Of a stretch of 64,000 nucleotides of DNA, positions 9,628 through 17,834 are shown piece by piece. The DNA comes from Lutibacter sp. (GTDB lineage: Bacteria > Bacteroidota > Bacteroidia > Flavobacteriales > Flavobacteriaceae), in the NCBI RefSeq assembly GCF_041555395.1, contig NZ_JBFFKM010000008.1:936-64935 (forward strand). Reading direction: 5' to 3'. Positions within the stretch are counted from its first letter, which is position 1. Every line of letters starts with the position of its first letter. Position numbers and translations under genes: made by a program. The notes under the pieces were generated by a model. It made no database searches, was not told where the DNA came from, and worked only from the letters and a program-made list of their open reading frames with translations.

Positions 9628-10224
9628 CTAAAATTCAAAATCCAAAATTTCTTTCACGTCACCAGCTTTCATATCGTTTATGTGAATTGTCCCAACGCGA
9701 ACTCTTACCAATCTTAGGGTTGGAAAACCCACAGCGGCAGTCATTTTTCGAACTTGCCTAAATTTCCCTTCTCTTAAAGTGATAGAAATCCAATTTGTTG
9801 GCCCGTGCCTTTCATCTCTTATTTTTTTAGCTCTTTCGGGCAAATTTGGAATCTCGTTTAATTTAAAAACCTGGCAAGGTTTTGTGGTATATTTGATTCC
9901 GCCAAATCCAATTTCAACACCAATTTTTAGCTTTTCAAGGGCTTCATCAGTAATGTCGCCGTCAACTTCTGCAAAATATTCTTTTTCTATCTTGCTGCTT
10001 CTAACCAATTCACTCATATTTCCATCGGTGGTAAGCAATAATAAACCTTCCGACTTTTCATCTAACCGGCCAATAGCCATTATTTTTTCAGGAAATACGT
10101 AAAATTCGCCCAATAATTTTTTCTTATGCTTGCTGATGTCATTATTCGCAAACTGACTTAAATAACCATAAGGTTTATAAATAATAAAATGCTGATGCCG
10201 TTTATTTTCGTTAGGATTTTCCAT
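9628..10224 (-). CDS. RsuA/RluE-family pseudouridine synthase
   Basis: YKPYGYLSQF, GRLDEKSEGLLLLT, EGKFRQVRKMTAAVGFPTLRLVR. Confidence 0.9.
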   Translation of the reverse strand: MENPNENKRHQHFIIYKPYGYLSQFANNDISKHKKKLLGEFYVFPEKIMAIGRLDEKSEGLLLLTTDGNMSELVRSSKIEKEYFAEVDGDITDEALEKLKIGVEIGFGGIKYTTKPCQVFKLNEIPNLPERAKKIRDERHGPTNWISITLREGKFRQVRKMTAAVGFPTLRLVRVRVGTIHINDMKAGDVKEILDFEF

Positions 10225-12514
10225 TTAAAATAGCATAAACCAATGCTGCGGAAAGCGTTTGTCCGGCAGCTTTTTTTCTGATGTCCTCAAAACTAAAAAG
10301 GAAATCGCAACCGTCTTTATAGTCGCTGCAACCGTAAGCTGTTTTTCCTTTTAAGATGGTGCCTTTTTGACATTTGGGACAACTAATTTTATCAGGAACA
10401 TTTTGGTTACTGAGCGTAGTCGAAGTATTCTTTTCTTCCAAAACCAAATTAAATTGTTCGTCAAATCGAATTAAACCCTCAGTTTCGCCCGTTTCTGTTT
10501 TAAAACCTTTTAAATTGACGGTGCACTGTTTTTGCAATAAGCGAATATATTGCTTTTCCGATATTTTTTTGTCTAGAAAACTGAAAGGCAGCCTAAAATC
10601 ACAGCCGTTATTATATTCACTGCAACCATAAGCGGATTTCCCTTTTAGAATTTTTCCTTTTTTACATTTCGGACATTTTTCAGAAGAAATTCCGGTGGAA
10701 GTCATGTTATTTTTTTTAACGGCAGGTTTGGCAGTTTCGGCGTGGTAAATATTCGCCGTTATTTTTTCGGAACGAACTTCGTACACTAAATTGTCTACCA
10801 TTTTTTTCATATTTTTAATGAAAGTTCCCGCATTGAAGGTTCCTTTTTCAATTTCCTTCAATTTTTTCTCCCATTGGCCAGTTAATTCGGCCGATTTTAA
10901 CTGTTCACTTTGGATGATATCAATCAGTTGAATTCCTGTTTGAGTTGGCAACAACTGTTTTTTATTGCGAATAATATATTTTCGTTTAAACAGCGTTTCA
11001 ATAATATTTGCTCTGGTTGAAGGGCGTCCAATGCCATTTTCTTTCATTAATTCTCGCAATTCATCGTCGTCAATTTGTTTACCGGCAGTTTCCATGGCCC
11101 TAAGCAATGTGGCTTCAGAGAATAAGTTAGGCGGCTTTGTTGTTTTCTCTAAAAATGAAGGTTCGTGCGGACCTTTTTCTCCTTTAGTGAAATTTGGCAG
11201 GATATCTGCTTCCCTTTTTTCTTGAACATTGGCAGATTCAAAAACAATGCGCCATCCTTTTTCCAGGATTTCCTTTCCGGTTGTTTTAAAAGTGACCTTA
11301 GCCGCAACGCCAATAACAGCTGTGTTTGAGACGGTACAATCATCATAAAACACTGCAATAAATCGCCTCGTGATAATATCGTAAACCTGTTGTTGGCTGT
11401 AGGGCAAATTAATTTGAACGCCAGTTGGAATAATGGCATGATGATCGGTTACCTTTTTGGTATTAAAAACCAAAGGCGATTTTTTTATTTTTTTTCCTAA
11501 TAAAGGTGAAGTTAAAGCTTGGTAAGCAATTAAGTTTTTTAATATTCCGGGTACCTTCGGATACACATCATCAGGTAAAAATGTGGTGTCGACTCTTGGA
11601 TACGTCACTACTTTTTGTTCATATAATTTTTGAACAATTTTCAGCGTTTCATCGGCTGAAAAATCGAATTTATTGTTACAATAAACCTGTAATCCAGTTA
11701 AATCAAATAGTTTAGGTGCTTTTTCTTTTCCTTTTTTCTTTGTGATGGAAACAATTTCAAAATCGCTTTCTTTTACTTTATTTGCAAGCAATTCCCCGTC
11801 TTCCTTTTTCTGAAAGCGCCCTTCTTCACAATTAAAAAGTGTTTCCCTGTAAAGTGTTTGCAGTTCCCAATAATGTTGCGGAACAAAATTTTCTATTTCC
11901 TTAAATCGGTTCACCACCATGGCCAAAGTTGGCGTTTGCACTCTTCCAACAGATAAAACTTGTTTGTTTCCGCCGTGTTTTAGGGTGTATAATCTTGTGG
12001 CATTCATTCCAAGCAACCAATCGCCAATCGCTCTTGAATAGCCGGCATAATATAAATTGTCGTAGTTTTCTGAAGGTTTTAGATTTTGAAATCCTTCTTT
12101 GATGGCTTCCGTGGTTAATGAGGAAATCCATAAGCGTTTTACTTCTCCTTTGTAATTTGCCTGCTGAATTACCCAGCGTTGAATTAATTCTCCTTCTTGC
12201 CCGGCATCACCGCAATTGATAATTAAACTGGCTTTATCAAACAGACTTTTAACAATGTTGAATTGTTTTTTAATTCCTTGATTGTCATTAACCTTGGTTT
12301 CAAACTTTTCCGGAAGCATGGGTAAATTGTTCAAATCCCAGCTTTTCCAATGCGGTTTGTAATCGTTGGGTTCAAACAAAGTACATAAATGTCCGAAGGT
12401 GAAGGTAACCGCATACCCATTTCCTTCAAAATAACCGTCGTGTTTGGTGTTTGCGCCTAAAACGGCAGCAATTTCACGCGCAACACTTGGTTTTTCGGCA
12501 ATACATACTTTCAT
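10211..12514 (-). CDS. topB: Type IA DNA topoisomerase (topoisomerase III)
   Basis: IAEKPSVA Toprim, DAGQEGELI, GRVQTPTL, TYPRVD active site, DHHAIIP, GIGRPSTRA; C-terminal CPKC...C zinc ribbons. Confidence 0.92.
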   Translation of the reverse strand: MKVCIAEKPSVAREIAAVLGANTKHDGYFEGNGYAVTFTFGHLCTLFEPNDYKPHWKSWDLNNLPMLPEKFETKVNDNQGIKKQFNIVKSLFDKASLIINCGDAGQEGELIQRWVIQQANYKGEVKRLWISSLTTEAIKEGFQNLKPSENYDNLYYAGYSRAIGDWLLGMNATRLYTLKHGGNKQVLSVGRVQTPTLAMVVNRFKEIENFVPQHYWELQTLYRETLFNCEEGRFQKKEDGELLANKVKESDFEIVSITKKKGKEKAPKLFDLTGLQVYCNNKFDFSADETLKIVQKLYEQKVVTYPRVDTTFLPDDVYPKVPGILKNLIAYQALTSPLLGKKIKKSPLVFNTKKVTDHHAIIPTGVQINLPYSQQQVYDIITRRFIAVFYDDCTVSNTAVIGVAAKVTFKTTGKEILEKGWRIVFESANVQEKREADILPNFTKGEKGPHEPSFLEKTTKPPNLFSEATLLRAMETAGKQIDDDELRELMKENGIGRPSTRANIIETLFKRKYIIRNKKQLLPTQTGIQLIDIIQSEQLKSAELTGQWEKKLKEIEKGTFNAGTFIKNMKKMVDNLVYEVRSEKITANIYHAETAKPAVKKNNMTSTGISSEKCPKCKKGKILKGKSAYGCSEYNNGCDFRLPFSFLDKKISEKQYIRLLQKQCTVNLKGFKTETGETEGLIRFDEQFNLVLEEKNTSTTLSNQNVPDKISCPKCQKGTILKGKTAYGCSDYKDGCDFLFSFEDIRKKAAGQTLSAALVYAILNGKS
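10406..10427. repeat. REP-like repeat half-unit inside topB CDS
   Basis: GTTACTGAGCGTAGTCGAAGTA; core matches 14/16 to 49771-49786. Confidence 0.5.
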
Positions 12515-12657
12515 TTATAGGTTTTTTTGAGATGTGCAAAATACTCATTTTTGAATGAATTGCCGCTGTTAAAAATGGAATGATTTTATTATTTTTTATC
12601 CATAAATTATAGGCAATAAACTATTATATTTGTTGTGATAATCTAAATCTGAAAATA

Positions 12658-13137
12658 ATGAAAAAAGTACTAAAAGAAATAAAGCCAGGTTACGGATTGG
12701 GTTCTCTTAAGTTTGGAATGACAAGAGATGAAGTGAAAGCAATGCTTGGTAAACCTTCATTTATTGATAAATATTCTCATTCGGATTCTGAAAAAGATTT
12801 GACGGAATCCTGGCAATATGACGATTTATTGATATCGCTCAGTTTTGATGAAGAGGAAGACTGGAAATTAATTATGATTTCTGTGAATGATGATTTTTAT
12901 GAATTGGAAGGGAAAAATTTAATTGGGCTGACTGAGGAAAAGCTCATTGCACATTTGGATGAAATGAATTTAGGAGAATGGAACCTTGAGGATTGTTCCG
13001 AGGATGACGACGAAGATCAAAAAGTGATTGAAGCTGAAGATAAATCAATTAATTTTTGGATAAATGACGGTGTTTTGGACGAAATTCAATGGACGCCTTT
13101 TTTTATTGATGATGACACCATTGAGTGGCCTGAGTAG
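12658..13137 (+). CDS. Acidic hypothetical protein
   Basis: 159-aa ORF with -7 element TATATTTG at 12625-12632; GMTRDEVKAMLGKP motif; D/E rich. Confidence 0.8.
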   Translation: MKKVLKEIKPGYGLGSLKFGMTRDEVKAMLGKPSFIDKYSHSDSEKDLTESWQYDDLLISLSFDEEEDWKLIMISVNDDFYELEGKNLIGLTEEKLIAHLDEMNLGEWNLEDCSEDDDEDQKVIEAEDKSINFWINDGVLDEIQWTPFFIDDDTIEWPE

Positions 13138-13147
13138 TATTTAGCAT

Positions 13148-13178
13148 TTAGTCAGAAGAAAAATGTTTTTCTGACTAA
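13148..13178. terminator. Probable intrinsic terminator hairpin
   Basis: TTAGTCAGAA-(11 nt)-TTCTGACTAA inverted repeat right after the stop. Confidence 0.55.
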
Positions 13179-13211
13179 CAAATATCAATTAATAGCTGTT
13201 ATTTACTGCAA

Positions 13212-13709
13212 ATGATTAGAACAGTAAAATTGGAAGATGCACAGGAAATCGCTGAAATATACAATTATTATATTCTTAATTCTTGCGTAACTTTTGAAGA
13301 AATACCTGTAAGTAATGAAGAAATGGGCGAAAGAATTCAAGCTGCCCATTCAAAATTTCCTTGGCTTGTTTATGAAAAAGGTAAGGAAATTATAGGTTAT
13401 GCTTATGCAAGTGTATGGAAACCCCGATCAGCTTATAAATACACAATAGAAAGCACTGTTTATCTGAAAAAGGAGGCAAGAAAAAAGGGAATAGGATCTC
13501 TGCTTTACAAAGAATTGTTAATGCAGATAAGAGATTTGGGTTTTCATGCGGTAATTGGAGGAATATCACTTCCTAATGAAGCGAGTGTCGCTTTACATGA
13601 GAAATTCGGATTTGAAAAAATAGCGCAATTTAAAGAAGTGGGCTACAAGTTTAAAAAATGGATAGATGTTGGTTATTGGGAGTTGCTAATTAATAAAAAC
13701 AGCATTTAA
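13212..13709 (+). CDS. GNAT N-acetyltransferase (phosphinothricin/methionine-sulfoximine acetyltransferase-like)
   Basis: IAEIYNYYI...TFEE, RSAYKYTIESTVYL, GIGSLLY, PNEASVALHEKFGF, GYKFKKWIDVGYW. Confidence 0.9.
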   Translation: MIRTVKLEDAQEIAEIYNYYILNSCVTFEEIPVSNEEMGERIQAAHSKFPWLVYEKGKEIIGYAYASVWKPRSAYKYTIESTVYLKKEARKKGIGSLLYKELLMQIRDLGFHAVIGGISLPNEASVALHEKFGFEKIAQFKEVGYKFKKWIDVGYWELLINKNSI

Positions 13710-15463
13710 AACACTTTATAAATGGGTAGTTTTAAATGTGCATCTTCATAATAAGGAGAATTTTTGTACACAAAATCCAACTGTGCTTCTGGGTTTTCTG
13801 CAAAATCTTTATCTGCTTTCATTTTTTGATTCAGTAGACTTCTTAAAGTCGGATTTTCTTGTAACAACTTTTCTGCAATATCTTCAAAAACATAGGATGA
13901 AAAGTGTTCTTTTTGCGCTAATACGGTATCGAAAAAATTCCAGTTAAAGAAGGAATCCGTTGCTTCAGCTTCTAAGGTTTCTATAATATAACGAACACCA
14001 TTTTGTTGGACAGGAATATAAATATCTCCCTTATTAAATAACACATTTTTGGTTTCAGCTGAAACGGTGGTATTAAAATGTGGATAATGTCCTTCAAAAG
14101 GTTTTGTATTTGTTTTGAAATCTTTAATATGTTGTTCTTCAACAGTTAACATTGTGTCCTTTTTAAAAGAAATATATTCAATATTGTTATCTTCTAACCG
14201 TTCCACAACTTTCCACCATCCTTGTTTTAAAATATAGCCTTTCGGAATTTGAATTTCATTTGAAGGGATATAATTATTGAAATATTTTACAGGTTTTATG
14301 TAGGGTTTTGTTCTGTCATAAAACAAACGTTTGCCATTGGTTACTTTACTGTCAATATAACTTCCGTCGTAGCCCTCGAATTGCAGTGTTGAATAGTTGT
14401 TTTTATCAAGTTCAAAAGAAATGGGATAGGTTTTTTTTGCTAAAATATTTGCAACAGCATTGTTGCGAAGTTCTTTAATTTCTGCACCTTTTTCAATGGT
14501 AAAATCAATCACAGATTCTAATAAACTGTAGGTTTCTTCAACACGTTGCTTGTAGGGTTTTAACATATGGGTTTCCACCATCATTCCCAGGGTGTTGAAT
14601 AAAGTGGTGTAACCTGTCGAATATCTCGGACTGTCGAAAAACTGGCTGAAACCGGTTTCAGGCGTTGTTCTCCAAACATTCACATAAGGTGTAATGATAA
14701 TATCTTTTTTTAGCAATGAAGCTTCTATATTGGGTCTCATTTCATTTTCAATAAAATCACCTAAGTCATTTCCTAAATTATTGTGTTGGGTAAATAAATG
14801 CGTAATTCCGTATTGATAATCGGCGCCATTGCTTACATGGGTGTCAATAAAAATATCAGGTTTGATCAAATGAAAAATTTTTGCAAATGCTTTGGCGTTT
14901 TTTGTGTCGGCTTTGATAAAATCCCGATTTAAATCAAAATTTTGGGCATTTCCTCGAAATCCATATTCCTTCGGACCGTTTTGGTTTGCACGTGAGTGAC
15001 TGCTTCTGTTTAAAGCACCGCCAATATTGTAAATTGGGATAATAGCGATTATCATATTTTTTAATCGCGGAATCCTGTTTTTATCCTGAACCAGATCTCT
15101 CAACAACATCATAGAAGCATCAACACCATCAGATTCTCCTGGATGAATGGCGTTGTTGATTAAAATAATATTTTTTTTACGGAGGTGAATATTATTAAAG
15201 TCGAATTCTTTTGAAGTATTAAAAACAAGCAGATACAAGGGGAATCCGCTGTCTGTTTCGCCAAATTCCAACATAGAAATTTCGGGATAAGCAGCGGCCA
15301 ATTCTTTGTAAAAGGTGATGGTTTCTTGGTAAGTGGAAGTTTCTGCGCCCTTTGATTTTTCAAATGTAGTCGTAAAATCTTTCAGTGTTTTTTGCGCTGA
15401 AATTGTACAAGAAAATAACGTGAATAACCCTAAAAAAAGTAATTTTTTAAAGTCCATTCTCAT
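13706..15463 (-). CDS. M14 family zinc carboxypeptidase, secreted
   Basis: Signal peptide, IHPGE, NLNRDF-like (DLNRDF), IDTHVSNG; start set at 15463 (ATGA overlap with coaD stop). Confidence 0.85.
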   Translation of the reverse strand: MRMDFKKLLFLGLFTLFSCTISAQKTLKDFTTTFEKSKGAETSTYQETITFYKELAAAYPEISMLEFGETDSGFPLYLLVFNTSKEFDFNNIHLRKKNIILINNAIHPGESDGVDASMMLLRDLVQDKNRIPRLKNMIIAIIPIYNIGGALNRSSHSRANQNGPKEYGFRGNAQNFDLNRDFIKADTKNAKAFAKIFHLIKPDIFIDTHVSNGADYQYGITHLFTQHNNLGNDLGDFIENEMRPNIEASLLKKDIIITPYVNVWRTTPETGFSQFFDSPRYSTGYTTLFNTLGMMVETHMLKPYKQRVEETYSLLESVIDFTIEKGAEIKELRNNAVANILAKKTYPISFELDKNNYSTLQFEGYDGSYIDSKVTNGKRLFYDRTKPYIKPVKYFNNYIPSNEIQIPKGYILKQGWWKVVERLEDNNIEYISFKKDTMLTVEEQHIKDFKTNTKPFEGHYPHFNTTVSAETKNVLFNKGDIYIPVQQNGVRYIIETLEAEATDSFFNWNFFDTVLAQKEHFSSYVFEDIAEKLLQENPTLRSLLNQKMKADKDFAENPEAQLDFVYKNSPYYEDAHLKLPIYKVF

Positions 15464-15918
15464 AATTTTTTTGAAACACTCTCCGGAACCAAGCAAGAAA
15501 TATCTCCGCCATTTTTTAAAACATCGCGCACAATGCTTGAGCTTATAAAGGAAGTGTCGGCCGAGGTTAATAAAAAAACCGTTTCAACAGTTGATAATTT
15601 TCTGTTGGTTTGGGCAATTGCTTTTTCAAATTCAAAATCAGCCGGATTTCGCAAGCCTCTTAGAATAAAATGTATGTTTAATTTTTTACAGAAATCGATG
15701 GTTAAGCCAGAATACGTTTCAACCTTTATTTTAGGTTCATTGGCATAATGTTTTTTGATAAAATTGATGCGGTCTTCAAGAGAAAACAGGTAGGTTTTAT
15801 CGGTATTTACGCCAACAGCAATTATAATTTCACTAAATAGGGGCAAAGCCCTGTTAATAATATCAACGTGACCTAATGTAATTGGATCAAAGGATCCTGG
15901 AAAAATTGCTTTTTTCAT
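15460..15918 (-). CDS. coaD: Pantetheine-phosphate adenylyltransferase
   Basis: FPGSFDPITLGHVDII, RGLRNPADFEFE, ISSSIVR. Confidence 0.97.
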   Translation of the reverse strand: MKKAIFPGSFDPITLGHVDIINRALPLFSEIIIAVGVNTDKTYLFSLEDRINFIKKHYANEPKIKVETYSGLTIDFCKKLNIHFILRGLRNPADFEFEKAIAQTNRKLSTVETVFLLTSADTSFISSSIVRDVLKNGGDISCLVPESVSKKL

Positions 15919-16006
15919 CTGTTTAAATTTTATTTTTTAGCGGCAACAGATGCTGTTCGCCAATAATAATTCCTTTATGTGTCAAAATTTGTAATGCTCG
16001 TTTCAT
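15913..16006 (-). mobile_element. Putative 88-bp start-codon insertion element, copy 1 (with ATGAAA flanking repeats)
   Basis: About 93% identical to 16981-17074; ATGAAA at both ends, 88 bp apart; removal restores a ddl-stop/coaD-start ATGA overlap. Confidence 0.55.
15923..16006 (-). CDS. Putative 27-aa peptide MKRALQILTHKGIIIGEQHLLPLKNKI
   Basis: ATG overlaps ddl TGA (ATGA); TAA lies 4 nt before coaD ATG. Confidence 0.4.
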   Translation of the reverse strand: MKRALQILTHKGIIIGEQHLLPLKNKI

Positions 16007-16986
16007 GAGTTTTTGTTTAAAGCCATTTCAATGGCGTTGTGAAAAATTTCCTCTAAAGTAATGCCCGCAGCTTCCGCTTGTTGGGGAATTAAACTAGCAG
16101 ATGTTAACCCAGGTACCGTATTCAATTCCAGGAAATAAGGCTCGCCATTTACCAAAATATATTCGGAACGTGAAAACCCACTCATGTTTAGAATTTGATA
16201 GACATGAGAAGCTGTTTTCTCCAATTTTTTATGAATTTCAGGGGAGATTCTGGCAGGCGTAATTTCCTGGGATTTTCCCAAATACTTTGCGTCGTAATCA
16301 AAAAACTCGTTTTCTGATACAATTTCTGTCATGGGCAGCACTTTAATTTTTCCTTTGTACTCTATAACGCCAATGGTTATTTCAGGTCCGTCTAAAAATT
16401 CTTCTATTAAAATCTGGGAGTCTTCTTTAAAAGCTTTTTCTATTGCAGGAATCATTTCCGAAGTTGTTTTTGCTTTGGAAATTCCAAAACTGGAACCTGC
16501 ATTGTTGGGTTTTACAAAACAAGGCAAACCCACTTTGGCAATTATTTCTTCCACTTTAATATTATCACCTTTATTAAGGAAGTAAGATTTTGCAGTTTTT
16601 ATGCCGTATTGTTTCACCACACTTAGACAATCTCTTTTGTTAAAGGCTAAGGCCATTTGGTAAAATGGCGCTGATGTGTGTTTAAGCCCAATCAATTCAA
16701 AATATGCCAAAATAGTTCCGTCTTCGCCTGGATGCCCGTGAATGGCGTTAAAAACACAGTCGAAATTAATTTTTTCGCCATTAATTTTAGTAGAAAAATC
16801 GTGTTTGTTTATGGGAAATTCATTTTCAAGATCGTCAACAAGCACCCATTTATCTTTAAGAATATGAACTTTGTAGGTGTTGTATTTTTCTTTTGAGATA
16901 TTTTGATAGACAACTTGGCCACTTTTTAAAGAGATTTCAACTTCCGAGGAGTATCCGCCCATAATTATGGCAATATTTTTTTTCAT
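16003..16986 (-). CDS. ddl: D-alanine--D-alanine ligase
   Basis: GGYSSEVEISLKSG, HGHPGEDG, VKPNNAGSSFGI, FFDYDAKY, ELNTVPGLT. Confidence 0.97.
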   Translation of the reverse strand: MKKNIAIIMGGYSSEVEISLKSGQVVYQNISKEKYNTYKVHILKDKWVLVDDLENEFPINKHDFSTKINGEKINFDCVFNAIHGHPGEDGTILAYFELIGLKHTSAPFYQMALAFNKRDCLSVVKQYGIKTAKSYFLNKGDNIKVEEIIAKVGLPCFVKPNNAGSSFGISKAKTTSEMIPAIEKAFKEDSQILIEEFLDGPEITIGVIEYKGKIKVLPMTEIVSENEFFDYDAKYLGKSQEITPARISPEIHKKLEKTASHVYQILNMSGFSRSEYILVNGEPYFLELNTVPGLTSASLIPQQAEAAGITLEEIFHNAIEMALNKNS

Positions 16987-17074
16987 CTGTTTAAATTTTA
17001 TTTTTTAGCAGTAACAGCTGCTGTTCGCCAATAATCATTCCTTTGTGTATCAAAATTTGTTATGCTCGTTTCAT
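16981..17074 (-). mobile_element. Putative 88-bp start-codon insertion element, copy 2 (ORF broken by TAA at codon 5)
   Basis: 7 mismatches to copy 1 over 97 bp; ATGAAA at 17074-17069 and 16986-16981. Confidence 0.55.
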
Positions 17075-17097
17075 TTTATGTTTACTAAGTTGAAATA

Positions 17098-17105
17098 CAA
17101 ACTTA
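17098..17105 (-). promoter_or_regulatory. -7 element (TAAGTTTG) for ddl-coaD-M14 operon
   Basis: CAAACTTA on + strand. Confidence 0.6.
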
Positions 17106-17119
17106 CATATTAAAAGCTT

Positions 17120-17148
17120 AAAGTTGAAAGTTTGAAAGTTGAAAGTTG
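17120..17148. repeat. Heptamer tandem repeat (AAAGTTG) x4
   Basis: AAAGTTG AAAGTTTG AAAGTTG AAAGTTG; nearby ATTAAACA x2 at 17181-17196. Confidence 0.8.
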
Positions 17149-17205
17149 AAAAGAAAATTGATTAATTAGGTAATAAGTCCATTAAACAATTAAACAATAA
17201 AAAAG

Positions 17206-17213
17206 TATCTTTG
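17206..17213 (+). promoter_or_regulatory. -7 element (TATCTTTG) for PASTA-rluD-cat operon
   Basis: Exact TAnnTTTG 24 nt before ATG at 17238. Confidence 0.65.
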
Positions 17214-17237
17214 CACAATATCAAAAAAAACGGGAAT

Positions 17238-17834
17238 ATGAGTTTAATTCAATTTATAAAATCTAAAGTATTTGTTAAGCAGTTGCTAATTGCTTTTGCA
17301 GTATTATTTGCATTGGTTTTTGTGATGGTGATGTGGTTAAATATATCCACCAATCACAATCAAAAAATTGAAGTTCCCAACTTGGAGAAAATGAGTTTAA
17401 CCAAAGTTGAAAATACGCTGGATGAGCTGGATTTGAACTGGGAGGTTATAGACTCTGCCAGTTATAATGCGAATTATCCGAAGAAATCAGTCATTGAGCA
17501 AAGTCCGGAAGCTGGAGATTTTGTGAAAGAAAACAGGAAAATATATTTAACATTGAATCCCTCAGGATATAAAGACGTTGAAATACCCGATTTTTACGGC
17601 AAAACAAAAAGACAGGCTACTTCACAATTAACAGCCATAGGTTTCAGAATAAGCGCAGAGGAAATTTATGTTAATGATATTGCGAAAGATGTCGTGAGAG
17701 GTCTAATATATAATGGAAAGGAATTAAAAACGGGTGATAAAATTCCACAAGATTCAGAGCTTATCCTAAAATTAGGAGATGGAGATGGTGGCGATCAGCA
17801 AATAGATAATTCTGAACAAGAGAATATAGAATGA
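17238..17834 (+). CDS. PASTA domain-containing membrane protein
   Basis: N-terminal TM, IEVPNLEKMSL...VIEQSPEAG and VEIPDFYGKTKRQA repeats. Confidence 0.88.
   Translation: MSLIQFIKSKVFVKQLLIAFAVLFALVFVMVMWLNISTNHNQKIEVPNLEKMSLTKVENTLDELDLNWEVIDSASYNANYPKKSVIEQSPEAGDFVKENRKIYLTLNPSGYKDVEIPDFYGKTKRQATSQLTAIGFRISAEEIYVNDIAKDVVRGLIYNGKELKTGDKIPQDSELILKLGDGDGGDQQIDNSEQENIE

Noticed and set aside
15913-17074. Composite transposon or IS ends flanking ddl (vancomycin-type ligase transfer)
   Set aside because: No transposase or terminal inverted repeats; ddl looks like the housekeeping ligase in its usual coaD/PASTA/rluD context with no van genes.
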